Assembly: GCA_951406725.2 (NCBI GenBank)
Contig: OX597839.1
Span: 16,058,001-16,122,000, forward strand
Reading direction: 5' to 3'
From: Octopus vulgaris
Taxonomy: Eukaryota
Length of the DNA: 64,000 nt
Both the position numbers and the translations under genes were made by a program. Positions 63,614 through 64,000 of this stretch are shown piece after piece. Under the pieces are notes generated by a model. That model did no database searches. It saw only the letters and a program-made list of their open reading frames with translations, and was not told the DNA's origin. Within the stretch, counting starts at the first letter, position 1. Every line of letters starts with the position of its first letter.

Positions 63614-64000
63614 CTGCAAAATATTAAATGAAAAGACGATAATAAAAAAGGAAACCACTTAGTTGATATTCAATATAAAAACAACTTTCATGCATTTCAA
63701 AATAAAGGACTCAATCTCTGTTACTGGTTATTTATATATTTTATATTGCAATTGATGAACAATGATGTTGTTGGTTGCAAGTTTCTAACAAACCACTCAC
63801 TGGTTCGACATAATTCAGGTAAGGGAGTGTCTGAAGTCAATGGAGAACAAATATCACAAATGGAAGCACTCCGTCGGTTATGACGACGAGGGTTCTGGTT
63901 GATCCGATCAACCGAACAGCCTGCTCGTGAAATTAACGTGTAAGTGGCTGAGCACTCCACAGACACGTGTACCCTTAACGTAGTACTCGGGGATATTCAG

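Overview
AT-rich, microsatellite- and SINE-dense animal genomic DNA. The repeat types suggest octopus or another cephalopod, but that is an inference. Two genes converge. The 3' 19 exons of condensin I subunit NCAPD2/CAP-D2 lie on the minus strand (63613->29341); all have GT-AG boundaries and matching phases, and the 5' end lies beyond the window. A two-coding-exon rhodopsin-class, peptide-receptor-like GPCR lies on the plus strand (22598-25723). The most notable signal is a set of Penelope-like retroelement (PLE) structures carrying four unrelated families of type I hammerhead ribozyme (HHR) motifs. Two 5'-truncated PLEs, one RT+GIY-YIG and one GIY-YIG only, each have an inverted pseudo-LTR and sit back to back on a (TA)n tract. 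One of their HHRs has the U3-A8 core variant. There is also an inverted, circularly permuted ~350-nt retrozyme-like unit and an HHR with a very long stem II in an NCAPD2 intron. Other elements: a Tc1 (DD34E, IR/DR) pseudogene, piggyBac, hAT and Harbinger-like MITEs (one has introner-like ends), tandem non-autonomous Helitrons, and RTE/CR1/RLE LINE 3' fragments. All coordinates were read by hand; no searches or folding programs were run.
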